The notes below the pieces were generated by a model. It made no database searches. It saw nothing but the letters and a program-made list of their open reading frames with translations, and was not told the origin of the DNA. Shown here piece by piece: positions 9,391-19,619 of a DNA stretch of 64,000 nt. The first letter of the stretch is position 1; the number at the start of each line of letters is the position of its first letter. Position numbers and translations under genes: made by a program. Source of the stretch: an uncultured Helicobacter sp. (GTDB taxonomy: Bacteria > Campylobacterota > Campylobacteria > Campylobacterales > UBA6016). Location: positions 29,897 to 93,896 of the forward strand of contig CAZMPN010000005.1 of the NCBI GenBank assembly GCA_964568395.1, read 5' to 3'.

Positions 9391-10407
9391 CTACTCTTTT
9401 GTCTGATATTTTTTAAAGTTTGATATATTCGTAAGATAAAAATAGGCGAACTGATAGAGCGCTATAAACAAAAGCACCAATCCGAATAAAACAATTCCCT
9501 TATTGTAGAACAGTAACGGTAAAATTTGGAAAGGCAGAAACGCCAATACCATCACCACGGCTGCCTTTGGGTTTGAGAGCCTAAGGGTTCTCATAACAAC
9601 CTGATGCAGATGCATCTTATCGGCTCCCATGGCTTTTTTGCCTACCGCAACCCTGCGACGCAACACCGAGAACAGTACTTCCCAAATAGGATATATAAGC
9701 ACGGCAAGGCAAAACCATGCGCTTACGCCATCGTGCTTATTTACGATGATTACGGAAAGTACGGCCAGCATAAATCCAAGAAAGTACGCCCCTCCGTCAC
9801 CCAAAAATATTTTTCCTTTTGGAAAATTTAACACCAAAAAACCAAGCGTTGCCGCCGCTAACGACAAGCAGACAAACACTATCTCGGCATCATTTAGGAT
9901 ATAAGAGAGAGCAGCAAACGACAAAAACGCAAACAACGACACACCGCCGGCGAGCCCGTTAAGACCGTCTATGATGTTTATCGCATTTGTCACGCCCACT
10001 ATAGCAAAAACAGTAAAGATAATGGCAAAAATATATGGAAACTCTATCCCAAAACCTATAGTCTTAAGATAAAATCCGCCGATCAAAACAAATAACACGG
10101 CTCCTACTGCCTGGATAAGAAGTCTTTGTCTTTGTGTGATGCGCCCAGTCAAATCCTCCAGTATTCCACTGGCAAAAGCAATCAATCCCGCAATAGCCGC
10201 GACAATACCAAACCCTGATAAAATTGAAAATATAGAAGCTATAAAAATACCGACTCCGCCGACTCTCGGAGTAGGCTCGTCGTGAAATCTTTGTGGCTTA
10301 TCGGACTCATGGCAGTCTATAAATAACTTATTTTTATGGGCTATTTTAATAAGCATATAGCTAGACAATAGAGCGGCCAAAAAAGCAATTAATAAAATAA
10401 TTTCCAA
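9391..10407 (-). CDS. polyprenyl-phosphate N-acetylhexosamine-1-phosphate transferase (MraY/WecA family), initiating enzyme
   Basis: 338 aa polytopic membrane protein with NAINIIDGLNGLAGG and LGDGGAYFLGF motifs. Confidence 0.8.
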   Translation of the reverse strand: MEIILLIAFLAALLSSYMLIKIAHKNKLFIDCHESDKPQRFHDEPTPRVGGVGIFIASIFSILSGFGIVAAIAGLIAFASGILEDLTGRITQRQRLLIQAVGAVLFVLIGGFYLKTIGFGIEFPYIFAIIFTVFAIVGVTNAINIIDGLNGLAGGVSLFAFLSFAALSYILNDAEIVFVCLSLAAATLGFLVLNFPKGKIFLGDGGAYFLGFMLAVLSVIIVNKHDGVSAWFCLAVLIYPIWEVLFSVLRRRVAVGKKAMGADKMHLHQVVMRTLRLSNPKAAVVMVLAFLPFQILPLLFYNKGIVLFGLVLLFIALYQFAYFYLTNISNFKKYQTKE

Positions 10408-10447
10408 ATTATGCGCCTTTTAAAAACTTTATTTTATATACCAAAGG
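10408..10447 (-). promoter_or_regulatory. 40-nt AT-rich intergenic gap; possible internal promoter/RBS region
   Basis: One of only four gaps longer than 35 nt in the locus. The minus strand reads GCCTTTGGTATATAAAATAAAGTTTTTAAAAGGCGCATAAT then ATG, and contains a TATAAA/TATATA -10-like element. Confidence 0.2.
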
Positions 10448-11566
10448 CTAAATGCTAGAGAGAATATTCTTATATTTTTGAATCACTATCTTCTCGTCAA
10501 ACATTTCAACCGCCATCTTCCTCCCCGCTTTGCCCATCTGCCTTCTTTTTTCGGCACATGCAGACATTACCATCTCCATTTTTTTTGCCAAATCCGCAAC
10601 ATCCCTTGGTTTGCATAAAAAACCGTTTACCCCGTTGACAACAATCTCTTTACAGCCCGGAACATCTGTTGCAACTATCGGTTTTTTCATACTTGCGGCT
10701 TCCAGCAGCGATCTTGGAACACCTTCCCTGTAGCTCGGCAAAACAACGCAATCACAGCTTGCTATATAAGGTCTTACGTCGTCACAGACACCCAAATAAT
10801 TTATAATCCCTTCGTCAACCCATTGCTGCACGGTATCTTTTTGAATCGCTTTCGGATTTTTTACATCCAAAGAGCCGAGCAGTGCGAATTCAGCTTCCGG
10901 ATATAGTAGTTTCAGGCTCTTTGCAGCCTCGATATACTCGCCTATACCCTTGTCCCACAAAACACGTCCGATTAACAAAAATCTTAGCTTGCCATCGTTA
11001 TTCGTATTATCAAGCTCACAAAACTTGTCAGTATTTACGCCGGATCCGGGCAATATGTCAACTTTTTTTGTCGTATCTATAATACCCAGCCGAACAAATT
11101 CACCAAAATCGTCGCTATTTTGAAACCAAACCTCATCTGCGTGTTTTAGCGAAGCACGATATAAAAAACACGCAATTTTTGAAATTATAGTATTGTTTAT
11201 AAACGCATAACCTAGGCCCGTAATAATCGATACGCTCTTAAGGCCTAAAAGTCCGGCGGCAAAACCGCCGTAAACGCACGGCTTTATCGTATAGTGGAAA
11301 ATTAGGTCAGGCTTTATTTTCGAGTATATTTTGAAATACTCAAAAAAAGATAACGAATCTTTTATCGGATTAGTGCCGTCATTATCGAGGCGAAGCTCAT
11401 AAAAATCAAACCCTTCGTCTTCTATGTAGCCGGTATAGTCGTCTCTCGGCGCCACGGCTACGACGTTATGTCCGGCATCCCTCAATGCTCTCATTGCCCC
11501 TAATCTAAAATTATATATATTCCAGGAGCTGTTTGCAGAAAATATAACCGTTTTTTTATCCGTCAT
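10448..11566 (-). CDS. glycosyltransferase, GT4 family
   Basis: 372 aa. E-x7-E region LPSYREGVPRSLLEAASMKKPIVATDVPGCKEIV. Confidence 0.75.
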   Translation of the reverse strand: MTDKKTVIFSANSSWNIYNFRLGAMRALRDAGHNVVAVAPRDDYTGYIEDEGFDFYELRLDNDGTNPIKDSLSFFEYFKIYSKIKPDLIFHYTIKPCVYGGFAAGLLGLKSVSIITGLGYAFINNTIISKIACFLYRASLKHADEVWFQNSDDFGEFVRLGIIDTTKKVDILPGSGVNTDKFCELDNTNNDGKLRFLLIGRVLWDKGIGEYIEAAKSLKLLYPEAEFALLGSLDVKNPKAIQKDTVQQWVDEGIINYLGVCDDVRPYIASCDCVVLPSYREGVPRSLLEAASMKKPIVATDVPGCKEIVVNGVNGFLCKPRDVADLAKKMEMVMSACAEKRRQMGKAGRKMAVEMFDEKIVIQKYKNILSSI

Positions 11567-12711
11567 GCCAATTGCCGTTCACAAAAATAAAGATATTCGT
11601 TCACACTAGATGTTTTTGATAATTCGATAGCCCTATTATACGAAGCTTTTGCATATTTCAAGCCGACGCTTTCATCAAAAACAACACTTTTAACGGCATT
11701 TGCCAAACTTTCACCATCATCTATCGCAACCAAAATACCGAAATCTGAGTACTCTATATCGCCTTTGCTCAAACAAGATGAGCGTCCATTGATAGATATA
11801 ATCTCCATAGGCCCAGTCTTACAATCTGTAGACACAATAGGAAGCCCGCAGGACATTGCCTCCACTAAAACATTTGGAAAGCCTTCGTATTTTGAAGAAA
11901 GCACAAAAACATCGGCACGAGCCATATACTTGAAAGGATTTTTTACTCTTCCGGCAAAATAAACCCTCTCAGACAAACCGTATCGAGAGATAAAATCCTC
12001 AAGATTCAATCTGTTTTCCCCGTCGCCCACGATAATCAAGCGAATATCTTGCGGCAGCAGCATCATAGCTTCCAAAATCATAATCTGATTTTTTTGGTCG
12101 TCCAATCTACCGACCGTAACTATATATTTATACCCATCTTCGAATATCCCACTATCAAGCTCCTCTTTTGACATTTCTTCTATCGCCGCAATATCAAACG
12201 GATTATAAACGACCTTTGAATTAACCGGTTTACCAAGAAAATTCTCCATGTCGGCAACCATTGCCTTTGATTTAAATATAAACATATCCGCAAAAGGGTA
12301 AAAAATCTTAATTAACGCAAGATTTATTATTTGGCTTTTAAAAAAATCGATAGATATAACCTCTACAGCATGAGTTTTATGCCTCGCGCCAAAAAGCTTT
12401 GCGGCGATATTTACGATATTTGCCCTAAACATATGCGACTGCACCAGCTCTATTTTATTTTTGAAAATGTATCTCGCAAGCCTAAATGCCAATATAGGCA
12501 AAAATAAAAGCTTCACGATTTTAGACTCTTTGCCGTCAAAATTACTAAGATAGGTTATTTTTATAGAGGGCGGTATCTTATAGAAAATATTTTTTTCTAT
12601 GCATACGAGTTCTACGTCGCAATCCATTGCGGCCGCAGCCGAAAGAATCACGGATACAACTCTCTCCGAGCCTCCGCCCCCCAAAGAGTTTATAAAAATA
12701 GCGCTCTTCAA
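11563..12711 (-). CDS. glycosyltransferase, GT4 family
   Basis: 382 aa. GGGGSERV N-terminal motif and LSSKYEGFPNVLVEAMSCGLPIVSTDCKTGPMEI. Confidence 0.8.
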   Translation of the reverse strand: MKSAIFINSLGGGGSERVVSVILSAAAAMDCDVELVCIEKNIFYKIPPSIKITYLSNFDGKESKIVKLLFLPILAFRLARYIFKNKIELVQSHMFRANIVNIAAKLFGARHKTHAVEVISIDFFKSQIINLALIKIFYPFADMFIFKSKAMVADMENFLGKPVNSKVVYNPFDIAAIEEMSKEELDSGIFEDGYKYIVTVGRLDDQKNQIMILEAMMLLPQDIRLIIVGDGENRLNLEDFISRYGLSERVYFAGRVKNPFKYMARADVFVLSSKYEGFPNVLVEAMSCGLPIVSTDCKTGPMEIISINGRSSCLSKGDIEYSDFGILVAIDDGESLANAVKSVVFDESVGLKYAKASYNRAIELSKTSSVNEYLYFCERQLA

Positions 12712-14345
12712 GACGTTCTCCGCATCTTAAGGCTCCACTCCGACAAAGCCCACTCTTTTAGCCCCAAAGAGCCGTTTTGGAAAATTGCCCTTTCGCCTAT
12801 ATTAAACCCAAATCCCATTTTCGGCCTATATAAAATAGAGGCGTCAATATCGTCTTTAAACGCCTCTTTTAATATTGCTTTGCCATATCTGTTTCGTTTG
12901 TCAAAAAGCCTGCCGACTTTATACTGTGGGGCTATTTTAAAAGCCGTCTCGACAAGCTTATAATCCAAAAACGGGGATCTTGCCTCAACCGAATTCGCCA
13001 TCGCACATACGTCGCCTATAAGCGTTATGGAGTGCGCATTTTCCAAAAAAAACGCGAAGGCATTGGAGTAATCTATAAAGTTTCTTTTCTCAAAAGCCCT
13101 GAAAAATTCATCGTATTCGGCAAACAAACTCTCCAAAACATCCTCTTTGGTCCTTGAGAGCCTTTTTCTCTTGAGGTCACTGTTTTTAAATAGCCCAAGC
13201 AACTTTGAGGCAAAAAAGGTCTTCGGATGTGAATCGTAGCCGTAGAAAAGCTCGTCTGCACCATTACCGTTTAATACGACTTTGATACCATCTTTTCGAA
13301 TGAGGGAATATAAAATATCGGCATAAACCATCGGCATAATCGCAAGAGGTTCTCCATATACCCCTATAATATTTGAAAGACCCGCTACCTGCGCATTATC
13401 AAAATGAAACTCTTCCAGCTCGACGCCCATAGACTTGGCGACTGCTCTCGCCCGCACAAGTTCCTCATCATCGGCGTTTGCCCCAAAAGCATACGCCTTA
13501 AAATCGATAGATAGTTCTCGTTTTAGCACATGAGCCACGATAGTCGAGTCTACCCCGCCTGATAAAAGCATTGAAATAGGCACGTCGGAAACGCTGGCAT
13601 ACGACACCGCCTCGACAACTCTATTTTTTAGCCCACCAGGCGTTATCTCTTCATAGTCACCTTCGATTTTCCAATAAAAGCCTGTTTTTTTAACTTCACC
13701 TGATTTAATCAGCATATAGCTGGCCGGTTTTAATTTTGAAACGCCCCTTATGACAGAAAAAGGATCCGGAATATGTCTAAAGTTTCCCATAGAATAAAGC
13801 TTGATAGCCTCTTCATTAATGGCAAACTCGATAATACCGCTATTTAAAAGCGCCGGGATTTCGGAGGCAAACAAAAACCCGTCTTTTGTTTTTGTATATA
13901 CGAATGGTTTTTCACCGACCCTGTCTCTAGCGCAAAAAAGAGTATCGTTTTTTTCGTCATATAAAGCGAATGCAAACATGCCCCGTAAATAAGAGAGCAT
14001 ACCCTCTCCGAACTCCTCATACAAACAAGGCAAAACCTCTGTATCGCTATTTGTTTCGAGTTTGTAGCCCCTTGACAAAAGCAGGCCGCGAAGTTCGCGG
14101 TAGTTGTATATCTCGCCGTTAAAAACTACCGTATAACCGTTTTTACAAAACGGCTGCGACGCTTTTTGGCTCAAATCTATAATACTAAGTCTATTATGTG
14201 CTAAAAATAGCTTTTTATCATCTGATAAAAAAAATCCGCTTCCATCCGGTCCCCTGTGACTCATGCCAAGAGAAGCAGACTCTAGGCTATTTTTCAGTCC
14301 ATCATCGATAGGCTTTTTTGAGAAATATCCGAAAATACTACACAT
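12708..14345 (-). CDS. asparagine synthetase B-like glutamine-dependent amidotransferase, paralog 1
   Basis: 545 aa. Ntn nucleophile Cys2 (MCSIFGYF), glutaminase region HNRLSIIDLS, and PP-loop LLSGGVDSTIVA. Confidence 0.8.
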   Translation of the reverse strand: MCSIFGYFSKKPIDDGLKNSLESASLGMSHRGPDGSGFFLSDDKKLFLAHNRLSIIDLSQKASQPFCKNGYTVVFNGEIYNYRELRGLLLSRGYKLETNSDTEVLPCLYEEFGEGMLSYLRGMFAFALYDEKNDTLFCARDRVGEKPFVYTKTKDGFLFASEIPALLNSGIIEFAINEEAIKLYSMGNFRHIPDPFSVIRGVSKLKPASYMLIKSGEVKKTGFYWKIEGDYEEITPGGLKNRVVEAVSYASVSDVPISMLLSGGVDSTIVAHVLKRELSIDFKAYAFGANADDEELVRARAVAKSMGVELEEFHFDNAQVAGLSNIIGVYGEPLAIMPMVYADILYSLIRKDGIKVVLNGNGADELFYGYDSHPKTFFASKLLGLFKNSDLKRKRLSRTKEDVLESLFAEYDEFFRAFEKRNFIDYSNAFAFFLENAHSITLIGDVCAMANSVEARSPFLDYKLVETAFKIAPQYKVGRLFDKRNRYGKAILKEAFKDDIDASILYRPKMGFGFNIGERAIFQNGSLGLKEWALSEWSLKMRRTS

Positions 14346-15267
14346 TTTTTACCAACAGTATGGATGTTGGGTAAAACTTCGCAAAACGCAAAAAACGATA
14401 CGCCAAAAAACTAAGCCCGATACGGCGCATAATTTTTAAAATTCCGCCGACAAAAGCGTATCTCCCGGACAACCTATACTCTCCGAAAAATATTTTTTTT
14501 AGCTTCCACTCTTCCGTTATGTTTGCGACTATCTCAAAGCCGTGCTTTTTAAAACTCTCTTCGAGTTCATTTGCGCTCATTAGATTGAGCCAATCAACAA
14601 ACGAGTGGGCATCGCGGTTTTTTAGCTTTCCTAGAAGTTTGCCTATTAGCTTTATCTGCGGCTTCGAGGGCTTAGGCAATGTAGGTATCGCAAGATGGGG
14701 CTCAAACGGAAACAGATAGTTTGGAGCCTCCACGACTATCAGCGCATCTTTTTTTATAACTCTTTTGAGGCTTGCGAGCATTGCTTCAAAATTCGCTTTC
14801 GAACCTAAATGTTCGACTATGTCTTTTAAAAAAACAACGTCGAAATAGGCGTCGTACATCTTAGGCAGTTGCTCAAGAGTAATAGCGTTACCCTCTATAA
14901 ACACGGCATTTTGCACGTTTTTATATTTTTTATAGCTATCGGCGAGAGATACTGCCTCTCTCTCCAAATCCACCCCCACGATATTGGCAAAATATGGCGC
15001 AAAGGAGAAAGAGATTGGGCCGCAACTGCATCCCAAATCAAGAGCGTTTTTGGACTTTAAATCCGCAAACTCCGGCACGAATTCCCGTAAAAACTCAAAA
15101 AATTCGGCGTGGAATTGCTCGTTTGAAAACATGGCGTCTAAATCTATATCATCAAACTCCCTATCCAAATGACCGTAAATATTTGTCTTTTTGGATAAAA
15201 ACGCTCTTAGCGACTCTTGCAATTTACCATTATCCATTTTTTGCAAACACCGTTTTGTAGACAACAT
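14338..15267 (-). CDS. class I SAM-dependent methyltransferase
   Basis: 309 aa. Motif I ALDLGCSCGP. An alternative start at 15237 (MDNGKLQ) would remove the 38-nt overlap with the upstream gene. Confidence 0.7.
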   Translation of the reverse strand: MLSTKRCLQKMDNGKLQESLRAFLSKKTNIYGHLDREFDDIDLDAMFSNEQFHAEFFEFLREFVPEFADLKSKNALDLGCSCGPISFSFAPYFANIVGVDLEREAVSLADSYKKYKNVQNAVFIEGNAITLEQLPKMYDAYFDVVFLKDIVEHLGSKANFEAMLASLKRVIKKDALIVVEAPNYLFPFEPHLAIPTLPKPSKPQIKLIGKLLGKLKNRDAHSFVDWLNLMSANELEESFKKHGFEIVANITEEWKLKKIFFGEYRLSGRYAFVGGILKIMRRIGLSFLAYRFLRFAKFYPTSILLVKNV

Positions 15268-16615
15268 TACAAGCTTTCAGACAGATAAATACTGCATATA
15301 AAATAGCTATAGACAAGGCAATGCCCACAAGCTGCTGCAAGAGCCCTAGAATAAACCCACTTCTTATAATATTGAACGCTTCACCGAAAAACCACAAAAA
15401 TAGCGCAAGAGACAGCGTACTTGTAAGTTTAAATTTATTTAGAAATCCGTAAAACGCCCCCGTTAGGAGAGGAAATAATATAAGCCCTACGATACCGAAA
15501 GACAAAGCCGCATATCCTACAAAACCGAGCGGGAACCTGCCACAGTTAAAACCAGATTGAGCATACAGCTCCGGGTAAATTAAATTTTGAAACAGCATAT
15601 CGCCATATATATCTGGCTTGCTCGGCCAGAGCGCACGAGGAATATATGAGGCAAAAATATCAGCTAAAGATTGGAAACCTACTATTCCAAGCGGATGCTC
15701 TTCTAATGGGTATTTAAAAATTGCATTACTACTGTGCCAGAAAGAGTCAAAAGAGCTAACAAAAACATATAATATTCGACCTACTTCATAAATTGAAAAC
15801 TCTCTAGACGTTTTATTAAATAAAGTTTCATAGACTATGCCTTGATTAAACCTAAGGATTATTAATATGGTAATAATCCCGAGCCCGCCAAAAACAATAT
15901 GCCTATTATTTATATGTCCCTTGATATACAAAAGAAGCAAAAAAAGCATAATCGGCATAACAAAATATCTTCTGCTGCCATCCAAAAAATTAAATATCAA
16001 CATATTTACACAAATTATTGTTATCGCATACACTATAAAAAGTTTTTTTTGTGGCTCCAAAAATAATCTAGCAATCAACAAGACTATACAAAACCAAATA
16101 AAAAATGAGAATAAAAAAACTATATACCCCTTGCCGTAAAAAAACGATAACTGCCCAGTAGGTAATCCAGAGCTAAACCTTAAGTAAAAAACATAAGCTA
16201 CTATTTTTAAAAGCGTAACAACGGCAAGGGTGAGCAATAAAATTTTGGAATCAAATAAGGTATTAATGCGTGCGGTCGTATCTCTTAAGAAAATATTACC
16301 GATAAAGCTCGAGCTGCTGGATGCCATAAATCCATAAAAAAATATCAAAAACACTACGGTTGCCAAAAATACAACAAAAATGTCGTTTAAATAGCTATAT
16401 GGATAATCAGCAAATCTACCCATGCCAGACACCTGCAATACATAGAAACAAAATGGAAAAGACAAAAAATAAAGCAGTGAGAATATATAGAGTGGATTTG
16501 AGAAATCTATTCCAAACCCCCTATTTGGAGAAGGGTTTTTGCGCACATACCACGCAAGGGGGAGAAGCATCGCAATTGTAGCTATCGCAAAAGCTGCAAA
16601 AGGCGACAAAATCAC
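15230..16615 (-). CDS. Wzy-like oligosaccharide repeat-unit polymerase (polytopic membrane protein)
   Basis: 461 aa. More than 10 predicted hydrophobic segments, very AT-rich, no soluble domain. Located inside a Wzx-containing locus. Family assignment is by context only. Confidence 0.5.
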   Translation of the reverse strand: MILSPFAAFAIATIAMLLPLAWYVRKNPSPNRGFGIDFSNPLYIFSLLYFLSFPFCFYVLQVSGMGRFADYPYSYLNDIFVVFLATVVFLIFFYGFMASSSSSFIGNIFLRDTTARINTLFDSKILLLTLAVVTLLKIVAYVFYLRFSSGLPTGQLSFFYGKGYIVFLFSFFIWFCIVLLIARLFLEPQKKLFIVYAITIICVNMLIFNFLDGSRRYFVMPIMLFLLLLYIKGHINNRHIVFGGLGIITILIILRFNQGIVYETLFNKTSREFSIYEVGRILYVFVSSFDSFWHSSNAIFKYPLEEHPLGIVGFQSLADIFASYIPRALWPSKPDIYGDMLFQNLIYPELYAQSGFNCGRFPLGFVGYAALSFGIVGLILFPLLTGAFYGFLNKFKLTSTLSLALFLWFFGEAFNIIRSGFILGLLQQLVGIALSIAILYAVFICLKACNVVYKTVFAKNG

Positions 16616-18366
16616 TTTTTCTCCAACAGATAGTTCTCAATCGCCATAAATTTTAGGCCGCTGTTTTCAAACGTAAAGATGGCTTGTTCTATCGTAGCAA
16701 CAAGCGGATACCCGTGCAGATTGAAAGACGTATTCATCACGCCGCCAATTCCGGTCAGCTCTCTAAATTTTGATATTAAAGCATGGTACTCCGAATTTGT
16801 ATCTTTTTTTACTATTTGCGCACGGAGCGTCTTGTCAGCCTGGTGCGTAGCGGCTCTGAGATGTTTCCTGCCCAGCTCCGTAGAGTCAAAAGCAAGTATC
16901 ATATACGGCGCATCCGTATTTTTCGGATTTATAAAGTAATCTTTCGCACACTCTTCCAAAATAGAAGGAGCAAACGGCATCCAAAAGTCTCTTTGCTTGA
17001 TCATGTCGTTAACTTCAAAAAAGCTCTCCAGACTGCTAGGATTACCCAAAATCGCTCTATTGCCGAGGCTTCTGGCACCCCACTCCGCCCTACCTTTAAA
17101 CCTCGCGACTATCTTAAACCCGGCGAGTATTTCCGCTATTTTGGACTCCATATCTTCGATATAAGAAACCGTATATTTGTTTTCAACTCCTTGTTCGTCT
17201 ATGTATCTTTTGACATCGTCGTTTGAAAACTTCGGCCCCATATATACGTCTTTAAAAGGCATCGTATTTTCGTTGTGTTTTGCGGCTACATAAAAAGCGG
17301 CGCCGAAAGGATTCGACTCATCTCCGCAAGAAGGCATAAAGTGGCACTCTGCCACCTGAGGCATCTCCATAATTTTCTTGTTCATTTTGACGTTCATAAA
17401 CACTCCACCGCCAAAATAAACGTTATTAATTCCGGTTTTTTCTATCGCATTGGCGACCCATCTAACAACCATATCTTCGAGTAGCATTTGAGCGGCGGCG
17501 GCTATATTGTCAAATCTCTCGCCGACGGCATTTTTCTTCAAATAGGTGTCAAATCTGTTCGTAGGCACGCTTGTTTCGAAGCTAAGGCCGTCTTTTGAAA
17601 GCCAAATCACGTCTTTATAGATTTTCTCGTACACCTTTGCCGCATACTTCTCTTTTGCGTAAGGAGCAAGCCCCATGACCTTATATTCATGCTCCAGCAC
17701 CTTCATGCCCAAAAATCTGGTCGTATTGGAGTATATGCTTCCCAGAGAACACATAGAAGGGCTGCTTGCTATTTGGCGTATTTCGCCGTTTTCGTATACG
17801 CTGACAGTAGAGCTATCGTGATCTCCCGATCCGTCGGCCGTAAAGATAAGGGCTTTTTTGTTTTTGTTTTTGCAAAGCGAATAAAAAGCGGAATATGCGT
17901 GGCAGGTATGATGATCCACTTTCACGACCTTGGAGTATTCGAGCCCACACTCTTTTAAAAGTTTTTTAAACTCCGCCTCTCCAGCGTTTGCAAGCTTTTT
18001 TGCCCTTTGCGCGTCAAGCCATATAAAAAGTTTTGGCGCAAACTTGAAAAATCTATACTGTGCAAACGCGTAAAGCGACTTTAAGAGCTCTTTTGCAAAA
18101 CCGCCCCTATCCAACTGCTGGTTTTCACGGAATAGATATTTTGTGGCCATCGACGGAAAAATCATGCTGGATGAGTTTGCGATGACGTCTATCTCGTTCG
18201 GGCTTATGCAAAATTCTTTCAATATCCACTCTATCGCATCTTTTGGAAACGCGGACGAATTTTTAACATTGTCGAATTTCTCCTGGCTAACCGCCCCCAA
18301 TATGGCGCCGTCTTTATATAGGGCTACCGTAGCGTTATGCCCGAGCTGCAAAGCCAATATTATCAC
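16612..18366 (-). CDS. carbamoyltransferase (NodU/CmcH family)
   Basis: 584 aa. N-terminus ILALQLGHNATVALYKDGAILGAVSQEKF, plus HHTCHAYSAFY and the family-typical length. Confidence 0.8.
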   Translation of the reverse strand: MIILALQLGHNATVALYKDGAILGAVSQEKFDNVKNSSAFPKDAIEWILKEFCISPNEIDVIANSSSMIFPSMATKYLFRENQQLDRGGFAKELLKSLYAFAQYRFFKFAPKLFIWLDAQRAKKLANAGEAEFKKLLKECGLEYSKVVKVDHHTCHAYSAFYSLCKNKNKKALIFTADGSGDHDSSTVSVYENGEIRQIASSPSMCSLGSIYSNTTRFLGMKVLEHEYKVMGLAPYAKEKYAAKVYEKIYKDVIWLSKDGLSFETSVPTNRFDTYLKKNAVGERFDNIAAAAQMLLEDMVVRWVANAIEKTGINNVYFGGGVFMNVKMNKKIMEMPQVAECHFMPSCGDESNPFGAAFYVAAKHNENTMPFKDVYMGPKFSNDDVKRYIDEQGVENKYTVSYIEDMESKIAEILAGFKIVARFKGRAEWGARSLGNRAILGNPSSLESFFEVNDMIKQRDFWMPFAPSILEECAKDYFINPKNTDAPYMILAFDSTELGRKHLRAATHQADKTLRAQIVKKDTNSEYHALISKFRELTGIGGVMNTSFNLHGYPLVATIEQAIFTFENSGLKFMAIENYLLEKK

Positions 18367-19619
18367 TTAACTCTTCTCCATGAATACGCTTGAAGCAAAA
18401 CGCCAAGCGTCAAAAAATAACAAATATATCCAGCAAAAACAGAGGCCTCATGCAGAGACTCTAAAAAATAGTAAGCAGACGCAAATTTGACGCCTATCCC
18501 GGCAAAAGATAAGAAAAACAGAAATTTATATCCGCCGTCGCTAAAAACAAACGAGCTATCTACTTTTTCCGCTAACATAAAAATCATAGCCAATGAAGCA
18601 AACGCAAAATAGTCGATGTTTGCGCCACTCCACCCAGTCCATAGCAAGACTATATCTTTTCCTGCAAAAGTATACAAAATTCCAGCCAACAAACCGGCCG
18701 CCAAAACGGCTATTTTTTGTAACAGATATGCTTTTTTTCTACTTTTAAGTTCGCCGGATACGCCCATTTTCACCATAAAAGGCTGCGAAACTTCCGGTAT
18801 TTTAGAAAGAAGTATCACAAGAAATCCGGGGATTTGCCAGATAACCGCATAATAGGCTGCATACTCGGCTTTACCGCAATATGCTAGAAAAACCGCATCG
18901 AGTCCGAAGCTCAAAAGAGAAATAGAGTAAAAAAAGTTCCACTTCCCGACTTTGCCCAAAAAATCGGACACAACCTCTTTTGTTATCATGCCTACCTTGG
19001 GCAGCGCTATCTTTTTTGAAACAGCAAGGGCTACGCATAGAGTAAAAACGGATATAAAAAGGGCGGCGAAAGGAACGGCCAAGCTATTCGAAAAATAAAG
19101 CCCGACCAAAGACGCAATCAAAAACAGTGCGGCTTGCACGCTTCTTAGAATATTTGCCGCAGACTGTTCGTTAAGCGCGGTAAGATTGGCGAAATAGCCT
19201 TGAAGCGGATAGTTAAACAGAAAGTAAAATGCCAAAACAATAATACATATAGCTATTATTTTATCATTCACAAACATTACGTATAAGCTTGCCAAAACGA
19301 ACAAAATAACGCCGTATAGGACGTATGCGCCGTAGACGAGAGATTCGGCGGATTTAAGCTTATTGTTTTGCGTAGACGCTTTGTAGCCGCCTATTGCCAC
19401 GATAGCCGCGCCGCCTATCCATCCTATGCCTATGGCCGCATATTGGCTAACGGAATAAATAGCCGTGTAGACGCCAAAGTTTCTGGCCCCTAGGATATTC
19501 AAAAAAAGAGGAGTCAGTATAAACCCGGAGATAGCCAAAACAAACACCCACAAATACGAGGATGCCAATGCCTTTAAGTAATGGCTTCTCAAATAGAGTT
19601 CCTCAGATTTTTTAGCCAT
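18363..19619 (-). CDS. second Wzx/MOP-like polysaccharide transporter (polytopic membrane protein)
   Basis: 418 aa and hydrophobic throughout. N-terminus LKALASSYLWVFVLAISGFILTPLFLNILGARNFGVYTAIYSV resembles flippase N-termini. Assignment is tentative. Confidence 0.45.
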   Translation of the reverse strand: MAKKSEELYLRSHYLKALASSYLWVFVLAISGFILTPLFLNILGARNFGVYTAIYSVSQYAAIGIGWIGGAAIVAIGGYKASTQNNKLKSAESLVYGAYVLYGVILFVLASLYVMFVNDKIIAICIIVLAFYFLFNYPLQGYFANLTALNEQSAANILRSVQAALFLIASLVGLYFSNSLAVPFAALFISVFTLCVALAVSKKIALPKVGMITKEVVSDFLGKVGKWNFFYSISLLSFGLDAVFLAYCGKAEYAAYYAVIWQIPGFLVILLSKIPEVSQPFMVKMGVSGELKSRKKAYLLQKIAVLAAGLLAGILYTFAGKDIVLLWTGWSGANIDYFAFASLAMIFMLAEKVDSSFVFSDGGYKFLFFLSFAGIGVKFASAYYFLESLHEASVFAGYICYFLTLGVLLQAYSWRRVK

